Positions 10,308 to 18,523 of a stretch of DNA of 54,991 bases are shown here, piece after piece. Source of the stretch: an uncultured Rhodopirellula sp. (GTDB taxonomy: Bacteria > Planctomycetota > Planctomycetia > Pirellulales > Pirellulaceae); NCBI GenBank assembly GCA_964007735.1, contig CAXGAI010000012.1, positions 62,001-116,991 of the forward strand, read 5' to 3'. Position 1 is the first letter of the stretch. Every line of letters begins with the position of its first letter. Below the pieces are notes generated by a model. It was not told where the DNA came from, did not search any database, and was given only the letters and a program-made list of their open reading frames with translations. The translations under genes were made by a program, and so were the position numbers.

Positions 10308-11222
10308 CTAGGCTAGGGCTTCACGCAGAATGTCTAAGTAATGTGCGGACTCTTTGCGAGGATCCCCGGATTCTTCATATTCCAAAACGACGAAGCCCCG
10401 ATAACTTGAGTCTTTAAGGATCTTCCCGAGGCGTTTGAAGTCCGTCGGCATGGTTTCCCGTTCAGCGTTTCGAGTGACTACTTTGACCTGAACATTCATG
10501 GCATAAGGAGCCACCTCTTCCAGTTCGGCATAGATGTCGTCGCTAGAGAAGTTACCGGTGTCCAGGTTGACTGCGAACCATGGACTTTTTACGTCCTTAA
10601 CAAAGTTCATCAACCCATCCGAAGTCGCCGTGGGACCACCGTGATTTTCCAACGCCAATACGACCCCCCTCTGTCCCGCGTATTCGCAGCATTCTTCTAT
10701 TGCCGACACCATCAGCTTGTGCGAACTTTCTTTGGTCTGCCCTTTCTTCGTATGGCCGGCAAAAATGCGAATTGTTGGAGCGCCCATGACAGCAGCATGG
10801 TCGACCCATGTTTTGACGTGAGCGATTTGCTCCTGACGCTTTGGATCACCTTCCGGGTGCCCGAAGTCATTCCCTACAGCCGTTCCAGAAATAGAAAGTC
10901 CCAGACGAAAGCAATGTTCCTTCAGGGAAAGCAAGTATTCCTTGGTCACCTCTTTCGGGAAGTAGTAGGAGGTCAGTTCCGTTCCTTCTAGACCGAAAGA
11001 AGCGCAATCGTCGATGAAGTCATACAGCGACATTTCTGCCGGGTCACCCTGCAGTAATTTGCGATAGCTATAGGCAGCCAGAGAATATTTGAACTTGTGA
11101 TCGCCGTTTCTCTTGATTGGCTCGATGGCTGATGCCAGAGATGAGAAGTTAGCTGCGCCGAGCATTGCCGAAGAGGTACGGATGAATTTTCTACGGGTAA
11201 GATTTGGGTGATTAAAGTTCAT
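10308..11222 (-). CDS. Tat-exported sugar phosphate isomerase/epimerase (xylose-isomerase-like TIM barrel)
   Basis: Tat motif TRRKFI after ATG 11222; metal-ligand motifs LALENHGG, NLDTGNF and VLEYE. Confidence 0.85.
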   Translation of the reverse strand: MNFNHPNLTRRKFIRTSSAMLGAANFSSLASAIEPIKRNGDHKFKYSLAAYSYRKLLQGDPAEMSLYDFIDDCASFGLEGTELTSYYFPKEVTKEYLLSLKEHCFRLGLSISGTAVGNDFGHPEGDPKRQEQIAHVKTWVDHAAVMGAPTIRIFAGHTKKGQTKESSHKLMVSAIEECCEYAGQRGVVLALENHGGPTATSDGLMNFVKDVKSPWFAVNLDTGNFSSDDIYAELEEVAPYAMNVQVKVVTRNAERETMPTDFKRLGKILKDSSYRGFVVLEYEESGDPRKESAHYLDILREALA

Positions 11223-11295
11223 GAATCTTAGTATCGATTTGAAAGTGATTAATAATGTAGCTGTCGCCGAGATCAGTTTTAAGTGTAACGGATTA

Positions 11296-13026
11296 TTACT
11301 TCGAAAGTAGAGTTTGAAGTTTATCCCAACTTTTTGTGTTGGCGACATGCTCAGCGGTTAGCCCACCTCGTCGAGCTTGTTTGATGCCAAATTTCATGAC
11401 ATCTAGCCCCGTGATTTTATGTGCATCACTGCTGATGATAATTGGAATGCTTCGCTCTCGAGCCATTGCACAGTGGATATCGTGTAAGTCGAGTCTTACA
11501 GGATTGGCGTTTAGCTCTAGCATTTTATTGTTTTCTTTAGCGGCCTGAAAAACGGCTTCCATATCTACGTCATAGGCTTCTCGGCGATTGATTAAACGTC
11601 CGGTGGGGTGTGCAATGATGTCAATATTTGGGTTTTCAAGAGCTCCTGTGATGCGGTCCGTGATTTGTTGTCGTGGTTGCTTTTGACCAAAGTGTACAGA
11701 GGCGATTACCCAGTCTGCTTGTTCGAGCACTTCATCCGGGAGATCCATCGGACCGGCTTCCAGGATGTCACATTCGATCCCTTTGAGAATGAGGAAATCG
11801 TCGTCGCGCCTTGCATTGATGCGATCAATTTCTTTCCATTGCTGCAATAGACGCTCAGCATCGAGCCCATTGGCCACCGTAACGCGTTGCGAGTGATCGG
11901 TGATGGCAATGTACTTCAGGCCTCGAGCCTTTGCTGCTGCCGCCATTTCCTCGATGGATGCTTTTCCGTCCGTGGCAGTGGTGTGCATATGCAAGTCTCC
12001 CTGTATTTGCTCGCCCCGGATCAATTCGGGGATGGAAGTTTCTTTAGCCCAGTCGAATTCTGATCGAGCTTCTCTAATTTCAGGTGGAAAGCAGGGGAGT
12101 CCCAGCGTTTGGTAGACATTTTCCTCTTGAGCACCGGCGACATAGACTTCGCTGTCACCCTCCACTCTAAAAACTCCGTACTCATTAATCTTTAGCCCAA
12201 GTTGCTTCGCCCGACCACGAAGTTCGACATTGTGATCCTTTGAGCCAGTGAAGTACTGCAGTGCTGCTCCAAAAGCATTAGTTTCCACTACACGCAGGTC
12301 AACCTGAAAGCTGTTACCAACCCGGATTGACATCTTGGTATCACCTTGAACGATCACTTGTGCCAGATCTGGATATTCTGAGAAGTGGGCCATCACGGTT
12401 GCGGCGTCGGTCGAGTCGACAAGGATGTCTAAATCACCAACCGTTTCGCGACCTCGACGGTAACTTCCGGCAAACTCAAGTTGCTTGATGGCTGGGCATG
12501 ATTGCATGTGAGTTCGGAGCGATTCGGCAAGTTCGTCAGCGTCTGACCAGTAGATGCGTTCATTGGCGGCGGCGGCAATTGCAATTCCATCGAGAATGCT
12601 CTGTTCTGTTTTCGCAGCAAACCCTTTGAGTTGTTGAACTTCGTTGGCTTGGCAAGCGGCCTGAAGTTGATCAAGCGTTTGGATCCCCAGTTCCTGATAG
12701 AGAGAAGCGGCTTTTTTAGGACCTAGCCCGGGTATTCTCAGGATGTCTAAAACCGTCGAAGGCACAGTCTCGAGGATTTCATTGATTTCAGAGATCTCCC
12801 CTTCCTGAACTAACTGAGTGATTTTCTCTGCCACTCCTTTTCCAATGCCATCAATCTGCAGTAGTTGAGATGGGTTGTGGCTAACGATTGTTTCAAACGA
12901 GTCAGTGGAATCCTTGATTACCCGGGCACCACGTCGATAGGCGCGAATCTTGAAGGAGTTTGCTCCTTGAAATTCTAACAGGTCGGCCAGTTTTGTGATC
13001 TGAGCTGAAATCTTTCCGTTGTCCAT
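11296..13026 (-). CDS. polX: DNA polymerase X family / PHP domain protein
   Basis: AGSYRRGRETVGDLDIL (catalytic DxD intact), VDLR, YFTGSKDHN and NEYG. PHP motifs DLHMHT, TDHS and SDAH. Confidence 0.95.
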   Translation of the reverse strand: MDNGKISAQITKLADLLEFQGANSFKIRAYRRGARVIKDSTDSFETIVSHNPSQLLQIDGIGKGVAEKITQLVQEGEISEINEILETVPSTVLDILRIPGLGPKKAASLYQELGIQTLDQLQAACQANEVQQLKGFAAKTEQSILDGIAIAAAANERIYWSDADELAESLRTHMQSCPAIKQLEFAGSYRRGRETVGDLDILVDSTDAATVMAHFSEYPDLAQVIVQGDTKMSIRVGNSFQVDLRVVETNAFGAALQYFTGSKDHNVELRGRAKQLGLKINEYGVFRVEGDSEVYVAGAQEENVYQTLGLPCFPPEIREARSEFDWAKETSIPELIRGEQIQGDLHMHTTATDGKASIEEMAAAAKARGLKYIAITDHSQRVTVANGLDAERLLQQWKEIDRINARRDDDFLILKGIECDILEAGPMDLPDEVLEQADWVIASVHFGQKQPRQQITDRITGALENPNIDIIAHPTGRLINRREAYDVDMEAVFQAAKENNKMLELNANPVRLDLHDIHCAMARERSIPIIISSDAHKITGLDVMKFGIKQARRGGLTAEHVANTKSWDKLQTLLSK

Positions 13027-13223
13027 TGCATCCTTTCTAACGGTGCACCGGTGGTGACTTATGACGAGTGGTTTCTGAGAGCCAATTATATAGGAAAATC
13101 GAAGACTTGCCGGATGTCTCTGGAGTCGTTGAACGGGATTAAGAGCAGGAGGAAAAAATAATCTGCAAAATAATTAGTTTTATCCCGCTCGCGCTAAAAT
13201 CAGTAACCTACTTTTTTACATAA

Positions 13224-13505
13224 CGTGAGAGAGCACAGTAACGGCAACTGAGTCTATCCCTTGAAAAACCGGCGCGGGAGTTGGTTTTTCAAGGCCTCAC
13301 GAATTCCCGCCTGATAGGTATGTGAGAGTACCTGTCAGCGAACGATTAGCAACGGAATATTCGGCACAATCGTAATATTCCGTTAATTGACCAGCAAATC
13401 TAATTTGCATCTTGCCTGTGGTAAGAGTCGCTGGCCAAACTAATTAATAGGTTGGCATTGTGAGAGATGTCAGATTGAAGCTCAACGCGAAGAGAGAGAG
13501 AGAAG
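13224..13505 (+). ncRNA. candidate structured RNA / long structured 5' leader (unassigned family)
   Basis: At least seven hairpins with G-U pairs on the + strand, two with the identical U-GUGAGA-G loop, and a potential pseudoknot (13274-13282 with 13302-13310). No ORF in the ORF track. Confidence 0.55.
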
Positions 13506-13512
13506 TAGTAAT

Positions 13513-14481
13513 ATGCGAAATTTAAATCACATGATGGTAGCTGCCATTGCATTAGCCTTGTTGGCGACTCGTCCGGCTGATGCTCAGGTTCTAGATTACC
13601 TGACAGGCAAGAAGCCGATTCTTAAAGTTCATACGCCTGAAATACAGGAAGATAAGGTGGAAGTTCGTAAGCCTTACTCAGTTGGATCGGAAGTTATTAA
13701 TCCGCTGAACTTGCTTTATCCCCGTCAGGTTGTTGTCGACTATAGAAAAGAAACCCGTTACGAAACGAAGTGGGTGAAAGTTCCTACGACACTTTATCGC
13801 CCGTCTTTGGATCTTGGTGCGAAGCCGGGCCAGTCGGTTTTGCTGAAGCCAGTTGAGACTTATACCTGGCAGTTACGTCAGGTGCCGGTTGAGAACTACC
13901 GACCTGTTCTGGAGGCTTCGGACAAGAACTTGATGAGCCGAATGTATGTCCCACGCCTCGGCGATGTACTTGAGCCAATTTTTCCGCGCTGCCCGGAACC
14001 AGTTGTAAACACTCCGGCTAACGACGATAAATATTATGATAATCAAAAGGCGAAGCCGTCGGATGAGACATTGAAAAACATTGAACCGGCAGACACGCGT
14101 CCGAAACTGGCTCCGGAAGCACTTAATCAGCCGGAAGTTGCTGCAGAGGAGCGTACTGAAGTTCAGAAGGTGGAAACGCCATCGACTTCGGAAGAAGATG
14201 AATCGGTTTTGAAAAAGCCAATCCTTAATCCAGCCGAGTCGACGGAAGAAAAATCTGAAGGACAGGTTGCTCCGGCTCAGGACCCGAATGCTCCGATTCC
14301 GGATCCCGATGCGGAAGAAGCTAAGGAAACAGGTGAAACACCTAAATTGATCAATCCGTTAAATAAGACAGCTCGCACAGCGGTACCAGCTATCGGTCAG
14401 CGGTACGTTGTTCCGGCCTCGATAACGCAAGCTCCACGCATTATTGTTATCGATGATGAAGGATGGGTGCCAGTCAAATAG
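13513..14481 (+). CDS. secreted hypothetical protein with beta-rich V/P/T/Y/R segment and Pro/Glu-rich disordered tail
   Basis: Signal peptide ending ADA-Q and repeat-like segments KWVKVPTTLYRP / QLRQVPVENYRP, resembling planctomycete-specific envelope proteins. Confidence 0.75.
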   Translation: MRNLNHMMVAAIALALLATRPADAQVLDYLTGKKPILKVHTPEIQEDKVEVRKPYSVGSEVINPLNLLYPRQVVVDYRKETRYETKWVKVPTTLYRPSLDLGAKPGQSVLLKPVETYTWQLRQVPVENYRPVLEASDKNLMSRMYVPRLGDVLEPIFPRCPEPVVNTPANDDKYYDNQKAKPSDETLKNIEPADTRPKLAPEALNQPEVAAEERTEVQKVETPSTSEEDESVLKKPILNPAESTEEKSEGQVAPAQDPNAPIPDPDAEEAKETGETPKLINPLNKTARTAVPAIGQRYVVPASITQAPRIIVIDDEGWVPVK

Positions 14482-14553
14482 AACATCTCTCTGTTAGCCT
14501 TCTCAATTAGGTTGACGAGGATTCGCGTTAACCGATAGTGAACTAGCCATTCA

Positions 14554-15165
14554 CTATCGGTTTTTTTTATATCGTTGATGAAACAAATCGTAGCAGGCGA
14601 ACAAGACTTCACGACAGTCGTTTTCATGTTCCGCCATCAACGTCTCCACATCAGAGGGATGGATCACTTCACCGTAGTCATGCTTGAGTTGTAGCCGCTT
14701 CACGACGGATTTCATGGCCTCAGGATTGGGCTTCAAATGGACTAACGTCGGAAACCTCTGATTTTGATGGGTAATAACCAGAACTTTGCCTGGACTTCTA
14801 GCGGCCATTCTTCGACTACGAAATTTGTTCCACATTGAGAATTGTTCGTATTCGTCCAGAACAGTCAATTTGGCCGGCGTCTCAATCGACTTACGGATTT
14901 CATGGAAGGGTTGCCGGCCACAGCGGAAATGTTGAGCTTCAGTGCCCCGGTGGATCGCTTCCCGGCATAGCGAAAAAGCAAGCGTTGTCTTGCCAATACC
15001 ATGCATACCAACGATTTGCATTGGTTTGTCACTACTTAAGACGAGATCCAGCAATCTCGAAACATACTGATTTTCAGACGAGATATAGTCTAGGGCGATA
15101 GGGCGAATCCATCTGGTTTCGAACGGATTAATTTGCTGCCCGTTGCTAGCTGGCTTGGTAGGCAT
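14554..15165 (-). CDS. hypothetical P-loop ATPase
   Basis: Walker A GMHGIGKT, Walker B TVLDEYEQ, LVITH and an N-terminal NPF motif. Overlaps the upstream gene by 20 nt. Confidence 0.75.
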   Translation of the reverse strand: MPTKPASNGQQINPFETRWIRPIALDYISSENQYVSRLLDLVLSSDKPMQIVGMHGIGKTTLAFSLCREAIHRGTEAQHFRCGRQPFHEIRKSIETPAKLTVLDEYEQFSMWNKFRSRRMAARSPGKVLVITHQNQRFPTLVHLKPNPEAMKSVVKRLQLKHDYGEVIHPSDVETLMAEHENDCREVLFACYDLFHQRYKKNR

Positions 15166-15553
15166 GTAACTGGAAGGGCTGCGAGTATTTGAATTCTTTG
15201 GGAGATTGGTCAGTGGCCTGTACTACAATTCGCACTCTTACACACCAAGTGATGTTGAGATTGGTGCCGATATAACTAAGTGGGCTAAGTGGGAGTTCGG
15301 TGGAGAAGTGTGATAACTCACGTAAATCTATTTCACCGTAGGAAGTGCGGGCCGTTTGCCTTTCATAGTAATGGATTGCTTCCTCTTCATCCCCTTTGCC
15401 TGAGGTGTACCACATCGTAGCTACTTCCACACTTTTTAGTTCTTCCCGTTTTATGGCATCAACCTGATATTCGCATTCCAAAAGGTCACCTGGTTGGTAT
15501 TCCCGATTTGCGTGATTAAGTTTGATACTGATAAGAGGATCGAATTTCATCAC
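15146..15553 (-). CDS. hypothetical protein, arrestin/SpoOM-like beta-sandwich
   Basis: YQPGD..., WYTSGKGDEE and LPLSPLSYIG..ITWCVRV. Start overlaps the upstream stop. Confidence 0.65.
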   Translation of the reverse strand: MMKFDPLISIKLNHANREYQPGDLLECEYQVDAIKREELKSVEVATMWYTSGKGDEEEAIHYYERQTARTSYGEIDLRELSHFSTELPLSPLSYIGTNLNITWCVRVRIVVQATDQSPKEFKYSQPFQLHAYQAS

Positions 15554-16602
15554 CTATCCCCTTTCGGAAGACTGTGAGGTGATGGAGGATGCACGATCAA
15601 TGCGTAACTGCGTTGAATTTCGGGCATGTCACGGTAACGACCAATGGAAACCAGTTTCCATTGCAGACTGTTGTAGTGCCCCTGAAAACTATGCATTGCC
15701 TTGGCAGGGATCTTGATCGGGAAAGTTTCCTCGAGAGGGCTATTAGGTTTGATTTCAAAACGCTTGTCCTGAAAGACTCGTTCACGGATTACTTCGTGAG
15801 ACTCGGTGCGCACATCCGTTCCTTGATGGTAACTTGTCACTTCCTCGCAGACCAGAAAGATACGTAGAGAGCGGACATGAAGCAGGCCGCCCTGAATCGC
15901 TGTCACATCGTATGTATGTCCCGGGTGTAGCGGTTGCTCTGAGATTTCCAGTTTGAGCGGGTCAATGGTGATCCGACCTCGCAGCTGTGTTTTTAAAAAT
16001 TTGCCCGCCCAGACCGAAAGACCGATGGATGGTGGTAGAGAAAGAATGGGTAACCACCAGCTGAAATGCAGTTCATTTTCCCGGCTCAGATATTGAGAGA
16101 TTGAGTAATACACCAGGACGAGTGAAATACAGATCCAAATTGAAAAGAAGATAATCACGGCCAAGGTCTTCACGGGCTGGCCAGTGGTCAGAGGGAGTCG
16201 CCACTTTTGGACGCTTCCGCGACTTGTCAGAATCGTGTCAAAAAGAGGCACATGAGGCAATTTGAATCGTCCCCGCATTCGTTGCGAGAAGTCAAATTTA
16301 GTAACGTTTTGCTGGAATGAGAATCTTAATCCATCTCCCATGCGACTTCGAAGCAAACTGCGAATAAGTCCCTGAGCGCCGAAAACGATGAAGGTAAGCA
16401 CCACCAAGGCCATGAGCCAGATATCGACAGAGATTTCAGGGCCGGATCGTAGTGCCTGTGAAATCAATGCGATACTTGCCAAAATTCCCAGCACGAGCAA
16501 GGTAACGCTAAAGGCAATATCGCCCCACATGCCAACCCGATGGGAAACACTGTGGTGACTACCACGTTTCTTTCCAATTAAACGGATAAGTGGACGAGCC
16601 AA
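15550..16602 (-). CDS. membrane protein (~4 TM) with C-terminal arrestin-like beta-sandwich
   Basis: TTG start preceded by AGGAAGG, two pairs of hydrophobic helices, and C-terminal CEE...YHQGTDVRTE and AMHSF motifs. Confidence 0.7.
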   Translation of the reverse strand: MARPLIRLIGKKRGSHHSVSHRVGMWGDIAFSVTLLVLGILASIALISQALRSGPEISVDIWLMALVVLTFIVFGAQGLIRSLLRSRMGDGLRFSFQQNVTKFDFSQRMRGRFKLPHVPLFDTILTSRGSVQKWRLPLTTGQPVKTLAVIIFFSIWICISLVLVYYSISQYLSRENELHFSWWLPILSLPPSIGLSVWAGKFLKTQLRGRITIDPLKLEISEQPLHPGHTYDVTAIQGGLLHVRSLRIFLVCEEVTSYHQGTDVRTESHEVIRERVFQDKRFEIKPNSPLEETFPIKIPAKAMHSFQGHYNSLQWKLVSIGRYRDMPEIQRSYALIVHPPSPHSLPKGDR

Positions 16603-16652
16603 GATCTGGTGCCTTCCTAATGAGGCTGTGGAATAACAGAGTTCAAGTTAAG

Positions 16653-17885
16653 TTACTTCAAGTCCAATGCAGTAAGTGTTCCTGTCCGACCATTGTTACT
16701 GCGAAAGAACAATTGTCCATTAGAAAAAGCGGGGAAACTTCGGGTGGTTCCACGAGCAACTGTGGTACGAGCGATTTCCTGATATGACTTGGTATCTGCT
16801 TTTACTAAGAATAGCTCCCCTTCAGTATTTAAAGCGAGGATGTTGTTTTGAATTAGAATGCAGTGCGCTACACCAAACCCGGACTCTTCCCAAACAACTT
16901 TCCCCGTGTCAGCAGCGACACACCGCAAAGCAGCCACGCCGATGTCTTCGCGACCGTGCGTACCAAACAAGTGATTGTTATGCAGCAGGCAGGTAGAGTA
17001 CTGACTGGAAAGGATGTCATCGCCTTCCCATTGACGAGTGATGTTTTTTCCATCATTCGAAATTTGTAGAAGCTCAGCTCCAATTCCGTAGCTTGCTGAG
17101 AGAAAGACTTTGTTGCCGAAGGCCAGTGGGGTAGCTCCATTTACCGTTGGCCCTTGTTTTCCAAAGGGGATTTCGAAAAAGACTTCTCCTGATGCAGGAT
17201 CTATCGCAAGTGCTTTCATTCGTGTGATAAACAAGGCCTGAATTTTGTTGTTAAGCTTGATGGTTGAAGGTGAAGAATAACTTGCTTTTTCATCAGTCGC
17301 TTTCCAAAGTGTCTTCCCCGTCTTTGTATCGACGGCAACGATGCCGGCATTGTCCGCTCCAACATTGACTAATAATCTTTCTCCCAAAACAATCGGACTG
17401 CTACCCGCCCCAAAGTAGCCATCCGGAGCTTGGTAATCGTCATTGAGCGCCCGGCTCCATACGACCTTACCGGTATCTAGCTTGACAGCGTGTAGGTCGC
17501 CGGCAGCTCCATAGACATAGACATTTCCGCCGGCAATGACAGGCGTACTTCTTGGGCCCTGATCGGCATTGTAGCCTCCTTTGTAGAATGCTTTGAAGTC
17601 ATGAGACCAAACGACTTTGCCGGTCTCGCGATGCAGGGCTTCCAGACGTTCAGCGCTCTCAATACGATGGAAGATGACCACGTGGTCACCTGAAACAACA
17701 GGACCAGCATATCCCATTCCAAGTTCATGGCTCCACTGTTTCTCGGGGCCAGAATTGGGCCAGGCTTTGACAGTGACTTCTTCCAGGGCAACGCCGGTAC
17801 GGTGAGGGCCAAGGCCCTGAGGCCAATCGCCCGCCCCGGCGACCAGAGTACAACTAAATAAAAAAGCAAAAACGATGACACGCAT
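16653..17885 (-). CDS. PQQ-binding-like beta-propeller repeat protein (BamB-like, planctomycete-expanded)
   Basis: Signal peptide, DWPQGLGPHRTG, repeated xTGKVVW motifs and GPRSTP. Start ATG 17885 with GGAG upstream. Confidence 0.88.
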   Translation of the reverse strand: MRVIVFAFLFSCTLVAGAGDWPQGLGPHRTGVALEEVTVKAWPNSGPEKQWSHELGMGYAGPVVSGDHVVIFHRIESAERLEALHRETGKVVWSHDFKAFYKGGYNADQGPRSTPVIAGGNVYVYGAAGDLHAVKLDTGKVVWSRALNDDYQAPDGYFGAGSSPIVLGERLLVNVGADNAGIVAVDTKTGKTLWKATDEKASYSSPSTIKLNNKIQALFITRMKALAIDPASGEVFFEIPFGKQGPTVNGATPLAFGNKVFLSASYGIGAELLQISNDGKNITRQWEGDDILSSQYSTCLLHNNHLFGTHGREDIGVAALRCVAADTGKVVWEESGFGVAHCILIQNNILALNTEGELFLVKADTKSYQEIARTTVARGTTRSFPAFSNGQLFFRSNNGRTGTLTALDLK

Positions 17886-18001
17886 ACTAAGATATTCTCC
17901 GAAGGTTTGAATCCTTCCAGTGTAACTCAAGTTGTTGTATCCAACAAAAAACGACCATGATGCGCGGACATCACAGCCGTGAAGATTCTACGAAAAGTGC
18001 C

Positions 18002-18283
18002 CTAAGCCGCAGCTTCAGCTACCTGACGTTTTCCAGCAGTTCGAAAGAAGCCAATTTCTTCGAGAGCGGCATAAACTTCTTCCAATGTTTTTCCACCAAA
18101 GTTTGAAATGCTTAGTAAATCAGCGGGTGTGGCGTGGAGCAGATCACGAACTGTAAAGATGCCTTTTTCTTCAAGACAATTCGTGGTCCTAACCGTTAAT
18201 CCTATTTCAGCTGTACTGAGTTCCAGCCGTTGTTTCATTAAGCGACGTTGTTCGTCGGCAGCGCTAAGTGGAATGCGAGTCAT
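18002..18283 (-). CDS. stand-alone RNA polymerase alpha-subunit C-terminal domain protein
   Basis: LTVRTTNCLEEKGIFTVRDLL...LLSISNFGGKTLEEV aligns to the RpoA CTD (LTVRSANCL...NLGKKSL). Strong GGGAGGT RBS; no alpha-NTD. Confidence 0.85.
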   Translation of the reverse strand: MTRIPLSAADEQRRLMKQRLELSTAEIGLTVRTTNCLEEKGIFTVRDLLHATPADLLSISNFGGKTLEEVYAALEEIGFFRTAGKRQVAEAAA

Positions 18284-18523
18284 TGATACCTCCCTGTGGT
18301 GACTTTGCTAACCATCCTTGGTTAACAGGATTACTTTTCGTATGTGCAATTACTGCTACAAATCGGAAAGACAAAATATACTCGAAACCGGTTCTCAATT
18401 ACCAATTAATTTTCAAAAAAATATTAACCTGATAGCACAATCTATGGAGTGTTTGGCAAACTGGCGACTCGCCCCGCTCGTCAGATGCCTTTATAATGTG
18501 GCAAGTAACGTCAATGTGCCTTC

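Noticed and set aside
17675..17688. Palindrome TGACCACGTGGTCA with a CACGTG core
   Set aside because: It lies inside a CDS and its arms do not match parS; likely chance.
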